Source: an uncultured Bacteroidota bacterium (GTDB lineage Bacteria; Bacteroidota; Ignavibacteria; Kryptoniales; JAKASW01). Taken from it: DNA of 64,000 nt. Below the pieces are notes generated by a model that ran no database searches, was not told the DNA's origin, and was given only the letters and a program-made list of their open reading frames with translations. Shown here piece after piece: positions 47,170 to 57,441 of the stretch. A program made the position numbers and the translations under genes. The stretch spans positions 910,404 through 974,403 of the forward strand of contig OY969800.1 of assembly GCA_963703215.1 (NCBI GenBank), given 5' to 3'. How positions within the stretch are numbered: position 1 is the first letter of the stretch; each line of letters starts with the position of its first letter.

Positions 47170-48501
47170 TTAGCTGAAACTGCCGACAGCCTCTCCAAAT
47201 AATGTCGCAGCCGATGCTCGATCTATTCTTACATTCACAGTATCCCCGGGATTGAACGGGCCAATTGAGAAAATTACGGTCTTGTTAGTATCAGTTCTCC
47301 CGCTCAGCTGCAAGTCGGATTTTTTACTTGTCCCTCCAACCATCACCTTTACGGTTTTACCGACCAACGATTGATTCACTTCATAAGAAATATTCTGCTG
47401 GAGCAAAATGATTTCATTCAAGCGCCTTGTTTTTGTTTCTTCCGGAATGTCGTCGCCCAATCTGAATGCTGGCGTACCTTCGCGCGGAGAATACTTGAAC
47501 ATATACGCACCGTCGTACCGGATCTCATTCATCAGGCTCAGCGTCTCACGATGCTCGTCTTCTGTCTCAGTGGGAAAACCTGTTATAACATCGGTCGATA
47601 TTGCACTGGACGGAATTCTCTCCCGAATCTTCCTGACTAGATTGATGTAATGTTCCCGCGTATAGGTCCTGTTCATCGCTTCAAGAATTCTGTTCGATCC
47701 AGATTGCACTGGCAGATGAATATACTTGCAAAGATTATCGTAGCTTGCAATCGTATCGATCAGCTCATCGGACAAATCCTGTGGATGTGAAGTCGTGAAT
47801 CTTACACGAAGATTGGAATCAACTTTCGCCACCGCCGCAAGTAAATCCGAGAAATCAGACCTGCCATCGCGATAAGAATTTACATTTTGTCCCAACAAAG
47901 TAATTTCCCGAAAACCACGTTCGACAAGCTGTTCCACTTCTCTCACAACACTGCTCAGAGTCCGACTTCGCTCACGCCCACGAGTGAACGGCACTATGCA
48001 AAACGTACAGAACTTGTCGCAGCCTCGCATCACAGAAATCCATGCAGAGATTCCTTCGGTTCTCATTGGCACTATATCATCATATGTCTCCGTCCTTGAT
48101 AACCTGACGCCAATTCCCTGCGTCCCACCAATTGCACCTTCCAGAAGCTGTGGTAGCTTTCGGTATTCGTCAGGGCCAACCACGACATCGACTTTATGTT
48201 TGTCCATGAGATTTGATCGGAGCCGTTCCGCCATGCAGCCTAAAATGCCCACAACGAGGTTCGGATTATCAGACTTCTGCTTCTTTATAGACCCAAGCCG
48301 CTGGTGAATTTTTTCTTCCGCATGCTCACGGACACTGCAAGTGTTTAGGAGAATGACATCGGCATCATCCATGTTCTGCGTCGGTGAATAGCCCGACTTA
48401 TTCATTATCCCAAGGACAATCTCCGTATCCGCAAGGTTCATCTGACACCCGTACGTCTCAACGTACACCTTCATCCTATCTTCACCATTCACCTGCGCCA
48501 T
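47170..48501 (-). CDS. miaB: tRNA-2-methylthio-N6-dimethylallyladenosine synthase MiaB
   Basis: YVETYGCQMN, radical-SAM CDKFCTFCIVP, and a C-terminal TRAM domain. The start is ATG 48501 or M10 (48474). Confidence 0.94.
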   Translation of the reverse strand: MAQVNGEDRMKVYVETYGCQMNLADTEIVLGIMNKSGYSPTQNMDDADVILLNTCSVREHAEEKIHQRLGSIKKQKSDNPNLVVGILGCMAERLRSNLMDKHKVDVVVGPDEYRKLPQLLEGAIGGTQGIGVRLSRTETYDDIVPMRTEGISAWISVMRGCDKFCTFCIVPFTRGRERSRTLSSVVREVEQLVERGFREITLLGQNVNSYRDGRSDFSDLLAAVAKVDSNLRVRFTTSHPQDLSDELIDTIASYDNLCKYIHLPVQSGSNRILEAMNRTYTREHYINLVRKIRERIPSSAISTDVITGFPTETEDEHRETLSLMNEIRYDGAYMFKYSPREGTPAFRLGDDIPEETKTRRLNEIILLQQNISYEVNQSLVGKTVKVMVGGTSKKSDLQLSGRTDTNKTVIFSIGPFNPGDTVNVRIDRASAATLFGEAVGSFS

Positions 48502-48883
48502 TTTGTCACTAATACGTAAAATTTCGGCAATAATTTAATCCCGACCCAATGAATAAGCAATCCACCAAATACCTGTTAATGAATGTCTCTTCAATTCAAG
48601 GCTGTAAATCTTGAGACATATTCCTCGAAGTCTTGCGTAGACACAGCAAATTTTTTTGAAAACGAATGGAATCGAGCAGTAAAACTTCCCGAAAAATGTA
48701 GGACTGAGCGAAAGAGAGCGGCATCACGAGAGCAAAGATGCTGTGATTCACCTAACGCATGGGAAAAACGAGAACCACATTGGGAAGACCTGACTGAATT
48801 TACGAATGACTTCACGTCGAAAATCTGGTACCACGCCCTACCTCCCATGGATATTCAGATGAAAACAAATCGGATATATTCCC

Positions 48884-48920
48884 AAGAAAAAGAAAGTGCC
48901 TGTCGGCTGGTGACAGGCAC
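48884..48920 (-). terminator. orphan Rho-independent terminator inside the miaB-ddl intergenic gap
   Basis: 9-bp GC-rich stem GTGCCTGTC/GACAGGCAC (48896-48904 / 48912-48920) with a 7-nt loop, followed on the minus strand by TTTCTTTTTCTT (48895..48884). Confidence 0.6.
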
Positions 48921-49112
48921 AATCATGGTTCAAATGAGTGAACCACTTTCCCCAAAGAAGGGTTTTCCCCCGCCTATGATTAAAAATAACAAAGGCAGAA
49001 CGAAATCGATTTGACAATTCTCACAGCGCAAGAGGAACATCCGGCACGTGAAAAGTGAGAGAGGTTTGTATTTCGGGATACCGTTAAATATCTTGTACCG
49101 AGAAGATTGAAA
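48884..49112 (-). other. candidate promoter-to-terminator unit: 36-codon hydrophobic sORF (48930..49040) or a ~190-nt sRNA
   Basis: Minus strand: TTTCAA (49112..49107), 16-nt spacer, TATTTA (49090..49085). ATG at 49040 encodes MFLLRCENCQIDFVLPLLFLIIGGGKPFFGESGSLI, and the stop at 48930 lies 10 nt before the terminator hairpin. Confidence 0.3.
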
Positions 49113-49162
49113 CCTGAAAAGTATCTGAAGCAAAAAGTGGGACGAGAAATTTTGGAGCTTAA

Positions 49163-50182
49163 GTGAAAATCGCGGTTTTGTTGGGCGGGAGTTCACCAGA
49201 GCGATTGGTTTCCATTGCATCAGGCAAAGGCATCATTAAAGCGCTCCGGGAATTGGGATATGAGGTCATAGCCGTCGATCCGGCGTTGGGCGGGAGTCAG
49301 ATTTCTGAGGCAGAACTTCTTTCGCAAGCTATAGAAGCAGCGCCTCCATCTCAGGAATTTTTGTCGAAGCTATCGACAAAAAATTATTTGACGGCAATAG
49401 AAACGCAAGTTTTAAACAAATTCGACCTTGCATTTATCATCCTTCATGGCAAATGGGGAGAAGACGGCGTTATTCAATCGCTCCTTGAACTGGCATCAAT
49501 TCCTTACACCGGCTCCGGCGTGATGGCAAGCGCAATCGCTATGGACAAGGTCATGTCGAAGAAACTTTTCATGCATCATGGGACACCGACTGCAAAGTGG
49601 TTCGATTACCGGAAAGATTCTTTGCCGCGGCAAAGAAATGTCAAGGAGGAAATTTCCAAATTAGGCTATCCAAATGTCGTCAAGCCAAACGATCTGGGAT
49701 CATCGGTTGCAATCACGATTGTTAAAAATGAATCCGAACTCGATCCGGCACTCGACGAAGCGGAGAAACATTCCGATGTTGTACTCGTCGAAGAATATAT
49801 CCCGGGCGCCGAGCTGACAGTAAGCATCCTCGGTGATGAACCACTTCCGGTGATCGAGATAAGACCTCATGACGGCTTTTACGATTATCATCATAAGTAC
49901 ACCAAGGGAATGACGGACTACCTCACGCCGGCTCCGATTGAGAAATCATTCGCCGCGAAGCTGCAGGAAATCGCGCTCGACACATTTAAGTCACTCGGCT
50001 GCAAAACTTTTGGAAGGGTTGATTTCAGAGTTGGCGCTGATAAAATACCATACTGTCTTGAAGTCAATACGATCCCCGGAATGACAGAAACCAGTCTCGT
50101 CCCAAAAGCCGCCGCTGCCGTCGGAATTTCTTTCAAAGAGCTCGTCGGAAAAATTGTCGAGTTAAGTCTGCGCGGCAAATGA
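49163..50182 (+). CDS. ddl: D-alanine--D-alanine ligase
   Basis: GTG start. MKIAVLLGGSSPERLVSIASG, ILHGKWGEDG and ATP-grasp motifs (EVNTIPGMT). Confidence 0.93.
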   Translation: MKIAVLLGGSSPERLVSIASGKGIIKALRELGYEVIAVDPALGGSQISEAELLSQAIEAAPPSQEFLSKLSTKNYLTAIETQVLNKFDLAFIILHGKWGEDGVIQSLLELASIPYTGSGVMASAIAMDKVMSKKLFMHHGTPTAKWFDYRKDSLPRQRNVKEEISKLGYPNVVKPNDLGSSVAITIVKNESELDPALDEAEKHSDVVLVEEYIPGAELTVSILGDEPLPVIEIRPHDGFYDYHHKYTKGMTDYLTPAPIEKSFAAKLQEIALDTFKSLGCKTFGRVDFRVGADKIPYCLEVNTIPGMTETSLVPKAAAAVGISFKELVGKIVELSLRGK

Positions 50183-50487
50183 TATTAAAAAACCTCCACA
50201 AATCTCTAAAGGGTTTAAGAAAAAGGACTGCGGTTGTTCTGCTAATTTTATCCGTCGGATTGGTTTATACCCTCTTCGACTCACGGGGACTAATCCAACG
50301 GATTAGACTTGAAAGCGAAAAATCCTCGCTTGAGAATAAGATTCGGGCGTTGGAACAAAAGAATGCATCGATGCAGGCCGAAATTGAAAAATTGAAAACC
50401 AACGATCAGGAAATTGAACGGATAGCTCGCGAGAAGTATTTTATGCATAGGAATGGTGAAAAAATCATCAAAGTTCAGCCAAAGTAG
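50179..50487 (+). CDS. ftsB: septum formation initiator FtsB/DivIC family
   Basis: 102 aa: one TM, a leucine-zipper-like coiled coil, and the conserved IERIAREKYFM motif. Confidence 0.75.
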   Translation: MILKNLHKSLKGLRKRTAVVLLILSVGLVYTLFDSRGLIQRIRLESEKSSLENKIRALEQKNASMQAEIEKLKTNDQEIERIAREKYFMHRNGEKIIKVQPK

Positions 50488-51829
50488 ACGGACTCCACAG
50501 GGGCGTGAGGCGGGATTGTTCTCTCCACCAAAGGAGATAATTCCACTAGCGGAAAGAGTCCGACCGCAAGGCTTTGAAGAATTTGTCGGACAGGAGCATT
50601 TGGTCGGAGAAAATGGTACGCTTCGTAAAATGCTGGACGCCGGGAATGTCCGCTCCATGATATTGTGGGGTCCGCCAGGGACAGGAAAAACCACATTAGC
50701 TCGGCTTGTTGCCGGGAGACTTCAAGCGGACTTTTTCCAGGTCAATGCGGTTTCTTCAGGCGTTCAAGAACTTCGCGAAATAATTTCAACTGCCGAGAAA
50801 TCCCTCGAGGCTGGAAGACGAACGATATTATTTATAGACGAAATTCATAGATTCAACAAAGCCCAGCAGGATGCGCTCCTAGAAAGTGTGGAGAACGGTT
50901 CGATAATCCTAATCGGAGCAACGACCGAGAATCCTTCATTCGAAGTGATCTCACCGCTTCTATCGAGAAGTCAAGTTTATGTTTTGGAAAATCTCGTGGA
51001 GCCGGAACTCCGCACCATTCTCAGCCGTACTTTTCAGCACGATGATATTATCAGGAAAATTACCGGCGAATCGAAAAAAGATGCGATTATTTCTCAGGAC
51101 GCCGAAGAGGAAATGATCAGACTGAGCGGCGGCGATGCGAGAGTGATGTTGAATGCACTTGAAGTGGCGACCGACCTTGCAAAGAAGCAAACTCCTTTCC
51201 GAATAACCCGCGACATCATTCGCGAAGCATATCAGATCAGGCATTACAAATACGACAGAACTGGTGAAGAACATTACAATTCAATATCTGCATTCATCAA
51301 GAGCATACGTGGCAGCGATCCGGACGCAGCAATTTACTATCTCGCACGAATGCTTGAAGCCGGGGAAGATCCGAAATTCATCGCACGAAGACTCATCATA
51401 CTCGCCTCGGAAGACATTGGAAACGCGGAACCATACGCACTCACGCTCGCAACCGCCTGCTTTACCGCGGTCGATTACATCGGCATGCCCGAAGCGCGTA
51501 TCGTACTGGCACAGGCAACCACATATCTCGCAAGCTGCCCGAAGAGCAATGCCTCATACATGTCTGTAGAAAAGGCCATGGCTGATGTCCACGAAAAGCC
51601 CTATTTGCCGGTGCCGCTTCACCTGCGGAACGCTCCGACGAAATTAATGAAGGAACTTGGATATCATAAGGGTTACAAGTACGCGCACGATTTCGAAAAC
51701 CATTTTGTCGAGCAGCAAAACCTTCCTGACGAGATCAAAGATAGAATCTATTATGACCCTGCGGAGATAGGAAGGGAAACGATTTTAAAGAAATATCTGG
51801 AATCACTCTGGACTAAAAGAAGGAAATGA
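50453..51829 (+). CDS. rarA: replication-associated recombination protein A (RarA/MgsA AAA+ ATPase)
   Basis: [38 protein letters not shown], and the MgsA C-terminal domain ([24 protein letters not shown]). Confidence 0.92.
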   Translation: MVKKSSKFSQSRRTPQGREAGLFSPPKEIIPLAERVRPQGFEEFVGQEHLVGENGTLRKMLDAGNVRSMILWGPPGTGKTTLARLVAGRLQADFFQVNAVSSGVQELREIISTAEKSLEAGRRTILFIDEIHRFNKAQQDALLESVENGSIILIGATTENPSFEVISPLLSRSQVYVLENLVEPELRTILSRTFQHDDIIRKITGESKKDAIISQDAEEEMIRLSGGDARVMLNALEVATDLAKKQTPFRITRDIIREAYQIRHYKYDRTGEEHYNSISAFIKSIRGSDPDAAIYYLARMLEAGEDPKFIARRLIILASEDIGNAEPYALTLATACFTAVDYIGMPEARIVLAQATTYLASCPKSNASYMSVEKAMADVHEKPYLPVPLHLRNAPTKLMKELGYHKGYKYAHDFENHFVEQQNLPDEIKDRIYYDPAEIGRETILKKYLESLWTKRRK

Positions 51830-51884
51830 AAAGGTTACGACACGTTTTCGAAACGTGTGAGGACAAATCACAAAGGAAGATTGG

Positions 51885-52832
51885 ATGAATTATATAATCG
51901 GCGTCGATCTTGGAGGGACAAACGTAAAAGCGGGTGCAACATCGATAGGAGGAACAATCCTTCGTGAAATTAATATTCCTTCTCAAGCTGAAGTGAGTCC
52001 ACGAGCTGTTGTTGGCCAGATCGCTAATGCTGTCACGACAATCAAAGATGAATACACGCAGGATCACCTATTGGGAATCGGGATTGGCTCACCGGGGATG
52101 GTTGACCTTGATGGTGGTACAGTGAAATACCCCCCTAACTTTACGAACTGGACGGTTTTCAGATTAGGCGAGGAGGTCGCAAAAATAGTCGGTGGATACG
52201 TCCGGGTCGAAAACGATGCAAATGCGGCTGCAGTCGGAGAAATGAAATTCGGCGCCGGAAGAGGAGTGAAGAATTTTGTGATGGTTACTCTCGGAACGGG
52301 CGTAGGTGGCGGTTTTGTCATTGACGGCCAAGTGTTCCGAGGTGAAGAAGGTGGTGCGGGCGAGATCGGACACATTACGATAAACTGCGACGGTCCACAA
52401 TGCAACTGCGGCAATCGCGGATGCGTCGAAGCTTATGTTGGACAGAAGTATTTATCGCAAAGAGTCATGGAACAACTAGTGTCGCATCCGGAATCCATCA
52501 TTAATCAGCTCGCCGATGGCAATGGAGAGAAATTAGAGCCAAAACTGATAAGTGAAGCCGCAAACAAGGGTGACAAATTCGCCCTACAAATTTGGGAAGA
52601 GACCGGGACATATATCGGAGTCGCAATTGCTTCTGCGTTTAATCTATTCGACCTTTCGACCGCGATAATTGGCGGAGGCGTAGCGAAGGCTGGAAGACCA
52701 TTGTTTGACTCAATCGAAAGGACAGTAAAATCGCGTGTCCTTTCACCTTTAAAACCCAAAGTGAAAATCCTGCCAGCCCAGCTTCGAAATTCTGCCGGCA
52801 TCCTCGGCGCCGCAGCATTAATTGCCGAGTAG
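51885..52832 (+). CDS. ROK-family glucokinase
   Basis: IGVDLGGTNVK, the ROK signature with zinc motif GHITINCDGPQCNCGNRGCVE, and no N-terminal HTH domain. Confidence 0.87.
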   Translation: MNYIIGVDLGGTNVKAGATSIGGTILREINIPSQAEVSPRAVVGQIANAVTTIKDEYTQDHLLGIGIGSPGMVDLDGGTVKYPPNFTNWTVFRLGEEVAKIVGGYVRVENDANAAAVGEMKFGAGRGVKNFVMVTLGTGVGGGFVIDGQVFRGEEGGAGEIGHITINCDGPQCNCGNRGCVEAYVGQKYLSQRVMEQLVSHPESIINQLADGNGEKLEPKLISEAANKGDKFALQIWEETGTYIGVAIASAFNLFDLSTAIIGGGVAKAGRPLFDSIERTVKSRVLSPLKPKVKILPAQLRNSAGILGAAALIAE

Positions 52833-52877
52833 AACTCATTCACCATTTGAGAGACCAGTTCTGACCGTTGATGTACT

Positions 52878-55514
52878 GTGAAAATCCTTTATTATACTTT
52901 AGTCTTCTTTTTGGCATCATCGGAGCTTCGTGCGTCCCAATGGAATCCGGATTCGTTGGAGTCGGATACCACGAAGGCTGCCTTAAAGTCCGACACGACT
53001 AAGATTTCTCAAAAATCCACCGCCGACACTTCCGGCACAAAAGCAGAAATCGATTCGGTAGTAACTTACAGCGCGACCGATTCCGTCGTCTACTCCATCG
53101 ACAATCGCCAGATGATGCTTTACAAAAAGGGGGAGATGAGTTACAAAGATTTCAAGCTTAACGCCGGCCAGATAAACATCAACTGGGACACGTCGATACT
53201 TACAGCTCAAGGGCGGAAAGATAGTGCTGATAAGGTCGTGGAGCAACCAGTATTCAACGATGGGGGAGAGACTTACAATAGCTCGCATGTCACATATGAT
53301 TTCAAGTCTCTGAAAGGAAGGGTCAATGTTGCCAACACGGAGATCGACAAAAATTATTATCACGGCGAATTGATAAAGAAATTCGGCAAGGATGTCCTTT
53401 ACATTGACAATGGAAGATTCACGACTTGCGATCATCCCGACCCGGATTATTATTTCCAAAGCACTAAGATGAAGCTGATCGTGAATGACAGAATTGTGGC
53501 GGAACCGATAATTTTCTACCTCGACGGCGTGCCTGTTTTCGTGCTTCCCTTCGGAGTTTTTCCGAGCAAGGCGGGAAGGCGGAGCGGAATAATCACACCG
53601 GCGTTTGGTGAGAGCGCAAATTCTGGCAGGTATTTATCGCATTTCGGTTATTTCTGGGCAATAAATGATTACACCGATCTAACGACAACCGCGGACTGGT
53701 ACACCCGAGGCGGTTATCTGCTCAAGAGTGGCTTTAGGTACGACCTAAGATATTACCTGACCGGGAGCATTTATGGAGCGTACAGCTATCGGTACACGGG
53801 CCAGCCCGGAGACATCGTCACAAACACAAATCCTGGTTATTCTCTTCAAAAAAATTGGAACCTGCAATTTACTCATGACCAAACGATCGACCCGACAACG
53901 AGGCTTGTTGCGAATTTCAATATGAGTTCGCAGAATTACTACCAGCAGAACAGCATCGATTACGATCAGAATCTCCTGCAGAATCTTGTTTCGGATGCGA
54001 CATTATATAAGAACTGGGAAAACTCCGGGAACAGTCTCTCCCTCAATATTCATCGGGATCAGAACTTACAAGACGGCTCCATCACCGCCACACTTCCGAG
54101 CGTGTCGTTTTCTCATTCGATGAGTTATCCATTCAGAAGCTCAGAACAGTCAACAAACCCCGACGACAAACTATCGTGGTACGAGATGATCGGATATTCG
54201 TACAGCGGGCAGTTCCAGAACTTGACTTCAAAACTGTGGGACACGACCGGCCTCGGCGTACAAAAACTGTTGGACACCGCTGCCACCGGGCATTACGACA
54301 GGTCAACCATGTATGGAGCACAACATACAATTTCAATAAGCGCGTCGCCGAAAGCAGGATTCTTCACGATCACTCCATCGTTGTCGATCTCCGATATGAT
54401 GTACGGTTATCGCACGGTTGTCGCGAATGATCTGGCAAGCTCCACTGGAACAGACAGTTTAGTGTATGTCAAACAACCTGAATTTAATAACGTTGGGTGG
54501 TTCAGCACCAGTCTTTCTGCAGGCACACGACTGTTCGGAATCATGCAGCCCGACATTTTCGGGATAACCGCTTTCAGACACACCTTGCAGCCCAGCGTCG
54601 CCTTCCAATATCATCCTGATTTTTCAAAACCTGGCTGGAACTATTATGGACAGTACAGGGCACTTGATGGGACTGAAACGAAATACAGCTATTCTCAGCA
54701 AGGGATCTATGGTGGAGCACCATCAGGAACAGTGGCCGCCCTTGACTTCGCTCTGACCAACACCTTTGAAATAAAAACTCTGTCAAGTGACACAGCTAAA
54801 ACCGAAAACAAAATACAATTGCTGGAACTTGACATAGGAAATTTAGCTTACAACTTCGCCGCTGATTCCATGAATTTCGCTGAGCCTACACTGAGCTATC
54901 GGACAAATATTGCACAGAAATTCGATATAGAGGGTGGTGCAACATTCGATTTTTATGAATACGATCCTGCCGCTAATGCCAGGATTAACAAACTCCTATG
55001 GTCTGAAGGAAAACTTCCTGATATGACCGATTTTACACTCAGCATTTCAACCACCCTCCACGGCGAAAGTAAGAAAGCAGGCTCGGCACAGCAACCCTCC
55101 GATTCCCTTGCACAGCAAGATTCATTAAAAGCATTACGGCAGTACAACGGATTTTTGCAGCAGGTCGAATCTCCCGATCTCAGCATACCATGGAACCTTA
55201 CGCTCGGGTTGGACTACGGACGTTCAAAGCCATACCCAACCCAGTTTTCGCAGCAACTCGGATTGAGAACGCAATTGGGATTCAACCTCACTGACAACTG
55301 GAAAATTGGTTTCAGTGGCTATTACGATTTCATCGGACACCAATTTGGGGCTCCGACGGTGACGGTCTATCGCGACCTGCACTGCTGGGAAATGAACCTT
55401 ACGTGGAACCCTATAGGCTCCTATCGCGGTTTTAATCTTGAAATAAGAATAAAAGCTCCGCAACTTCAAGATATAAAGATTACAAAGAGAGAGGACACGA
55501 TAGTTGGATATTGA
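52878..55514 (+). CDS. lptD: LptD-like outer-membrane LPS-assembly protein
   Basis: GTG start, signal peptide, an OstA-like N-domain (YSATDSVVYSIDNRQMMLYKKGEMSYKDFKLNAGQININ), then a long beta-barrel-type region ending in aromatic-rich strands. Confidence 0.72.
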   Translation: MKILYYTLVFFLASSELRASQWNPDSLESDTTKAALKSDTTKISQKSTADTSGTKAEIDSVVTYSATDSVVYSIDNRQMMLYKKGEMSYKDFKLNAGQININWDTSILTAQGRKDSADKVVEQPVFNDGGETYNSSHVTYDFKSLKGRVNVANTEIDKNYYHGELIKKFGKDVLYIDNGRFTTCDHPDPDYYFQSTKMKLIVNDRIVAEPIIFYLDGVPVFVLPFGVFPSKAGRRSGIITPAFGESANSGRYLSHFGYFWAINDYTDLTTTADWYTRGGYLLKSGFRYDLRYYLTGSIYGAYSYRYTGQPGDIVTNTNPGYSLQKNWNLQFTHDQTIDPTTRLVANFNMSSQNYYQQNSIDYDQNLLQNLVSDATLYKNWENSGNSLSLNIHRDQNLQDGSITATLPSVSFSHSMSYPFRSSEQSTNPDDKLSWYEMIGYSYSGQFQNLTSKLWDTTGLGVQKLLDTAATGHYDRSTMYGAQHTISISASPKAGFFTITPSLSISDMMYGYRTVVANDLASSTGTDSLVYVKQPEFNNVGWFSTSLSAGTRLFGIMQPDIFGITAFRHTLQPSVAFQYHPDFSKPGWNYYGQYRALDGTETKYSYSQQGIYGGAPSGTVAALDFALTNTFEIKTLSSDTAKTENKIQLLELDIGNLAYNFAADSMNFAEPTLSYRTNIAQKFDIEGGATFDFYEYDPAANARINKLLWSEGKLPDMTDFTLSISTTLHGESKKAGSAQQPSDSLAQQDSLKALRQYNGFLQQVESPDLSIPWNLTLGLDYGRSKPYPTQFSQQLGLRTQLGFNLTDNWKIGFSGYYDFIGHQFGAPTVTVYRDLHCWEMNLTWNPIGSYRGFNLEIRIKAPQLQDIKITKREDTIVGY

Positions 55515-56083
55515 CATAAAGGTCCGGCGAGCAAGAGTCAGCGACGTTCAGCAGATCGTTTCGCTGATTAATTCGTTCGCAGAAAAAGGGGAAATGCTTT
55601 ATCGTTCACAGAGTCAGATTCTACAACAAGTACGCAACTACTTCGTCGCCGCTACCCCCAGCACAGAGAATCATAACAATGGAAATTCTTCATCGGAAGC
55701 TCCCGACTCTCCTCCAGAGGCGGATGCGCCTGCGGCGCAGATACTTGCCTGCGGTTCTTTAGACATTACATGGAATGACCTCGCCGAGCTCCGCTCGGTC
55801 GCAGTCGAGCTCGGAAGCACAAGGAAAGGGGCTTGGAACAAAGATTGTGGATGCACTAATGGACGACGCTGCAGAGCTCGGTTTGAAACATGTCTTCGCG
55901 CTCACCTATAAGCCGCACTTTTTCGAAAGGCTCGGATTCAAAATTATCGACAAGCAGCTGCTTCCTCATAAAGTATGGAGCATTTGCATCGACTGCTTAA
56001 AATTTCCCGTTTGCGACGAAGTGGCCATGCAGATCGAAGTCGAAGACTGGATAAGAAACAGAATCCCGCACGAAATAAAATAG
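55504..56083 (+). CDS. GNAT-family N-acetyltransferase (ArgA-like), interrupted by an apparent 1-nt frame change
   Basis: N-terminal half in ORF 55504..55911 (TTG start). The acetyl-CoA motif QGKGLGTKIVDAL and the C-terminus are in ORF 55775..56083. The junction lies near the GG at 55813-55814. It contains a low-complexity insert (TENHNNGNSSSEAPDSPPEADAPAAQ). Confidence 0.72.
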
Positions 56084-56109
56084 GCGCGGGCTCCCCGCCT
56101 GCAAAACGT

Positions 56110-57228
56110 CTACTCTGCTATCTCGCCTACGGCAATTATCTCAATCCTCCTCTTCCGTGCCCTATAGGCTTCAATGCCATAGACCATTCCGACCATGAGC
56201 GATATCACTCCGGCAGCGAGAAGGATTGCAATGAAAGGATCTGTCCCGCCTGGAATGAGCTGTGCGAGGCCAAGATTTATCGGAGAGCCGTAGACAATCA
56301 TCAGGTGTACGACGTAAACGGCGAGCGAACTCTTTCCAACTGCCGGAAGAATTTTCGGTAAACGCCTGACCCTCAAACTCAAATAGCCAATGCCCGCCGC
56401 AACGAAGGATACCATGCCGAATCTAAGCAGGTTGATCGCAGGCAAAGCCCGCCAGTAATCGACGAATGGTGAGACAAACTTGAGTTGAATCGGAAAGAAA
56501 AGTAGAAACAATGCGAGCGACACGAAAGATGCCTTCACGAAATTCTTTGTCAACGCTCGTGCGCGAGTTTCAACCGGCATAACAATCGAAGCTGCGCCGA
56601 ATGAAGCGCCGGCAAACAAATATGCGGAAAACGGAAAGAAAGTGAAAAACGAACCGGATCTAAAAGTTAGATATGAATAGAAAAATGGATGCAGAAAACT
56701 TTCCCACTTGATGGGCTCCATTATAGGTGCAATCGCCAGCGACAAAACAGCGGCAACAACAAAAGACCGGGATAACGTTTCAGCATTCTTCGCAAAAATT
56801 GAAATGACGAGAATTACCAATAGAGACAATGAAATGACATGCAGCGCGTCGACGAAGAAAAATATTTTCAGATTTTCCGCAGGAACGCTCGACGGATCGT
56901 AGATCAGCTCAAGAGGAAAATGGAGACCATATCCTAGAAGTAGAAGCGTGACGATTCTTCTTATTCGCCTGGATTTCGTTCTCCTTGAGACGCTTAAGAT
57001 TCCGCCGTTGTATTTAACCGTCGCGACCACGAATGCGAGTCCCGCTGAGAAGAAGAAGAACGGCGCCGTCAACCCGCGGAAAAATGTCCACAACTGGAAC
57101 ATAAACGCGGATCCATTCTTATACAGCGGACTCAGCACGGCGTCGAGTGTGTGTCCCTGGATCATCAGCATAACGCCGATTGCTCTTAATATATCGAGGA
57201 GGACTAATCTATTCTTATTTTCTATCAC
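56110..57228 (-). CDS. polytopic membrane acyltransferase-like protein (DUF1624 / HGSNAT-like)
   Basis: N-terminal RLVLLDILRAIGVMLMIQGHT signature followed by ~10 TM segments. Confidence 0.65.
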   Translation of the reverse strand: MIENKNRLVLLDILRAIGVMLMIQGHTLDAVLSPLYKNGSAFMFQLWTFFRGLTAPFFFFSAGLAFVVATVKYNGGILSVSRRTKSRRIRRIVTLLLLGYGLHFPLELIYDPSSVPAENLKIFFFVDALHVISLSLLVILVISIFAKNAETLSRSFVVAAVLSLAIAPIMEPIKWESFLHPFFYSYLTFRSGSFFTFFPFSAYLFAGASFGAASIVMPVETRARALTKNFVKASFVSLALFLLFFPIQLKFVSPFVDYWRALPAINLLRFGMVSFVAAGIGYLSLRVRRLPKILPAVGKSSLAVYVVHLMIVYGSPINLGLAQLIPGGTDPFIAILLAAGVISLMVGMVYGIEAYRARKRRIEIIAVGEIAE

Positions 57229-57441
57229 GCACTATCAATTTATTCTGTGAGACCTTTCGCTTCAATGTCAGACGCACTTCCAGACTAAAGGTTGTATCCC
57301 TAAAGGAGTTTAATTGGAAGCGCCTCGCCGGGCTTTGGTGTCCCTATCCACAAAATACTATTGTCCACCTCATCGCTCGACGCGCGCACAGCAGCAAAAA
57401 CAACGGAAAATGTTTCGGGTAAGAATTTTTGCGGATGCCAA

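Noticed and set aside
48583-49014. 143-aa plus-strand ORF filling much of the miaB-ddl gap
   Set aside because: The translation is rich in Cys/Trp/Arg and has no recognisable motif, hydrophobic core pattern or start context. It runs antisense across the minus-strand terminator hairpin. I treat it as a chance ORF in non-coding DNA.
49031-49046. GAGGAACATCCGGCAC, superficially like the RNase P RNA P4 box GAGGAAAGTCCGGGC
   Set aside because: Only a partial match. The other universally conserved RNase P elements (e.g. ACAGAAnnCGGCTTA) and the required helices are not present in the surrounding 660 bp on either strand.
6292-56083. Possibility that the seven split genes reflect programmed frameshifting or an alternative genetic code
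   Set aside because: The breaks are true frame changes rather than in-frame stop codons, which excludes stop-codon reassignment. They go in both directions (+1 and -1). They share no common slippery motif or downstream structure. They hit unrelated genes, several at short homopolymers. Assembly indels are the simpler explanation.
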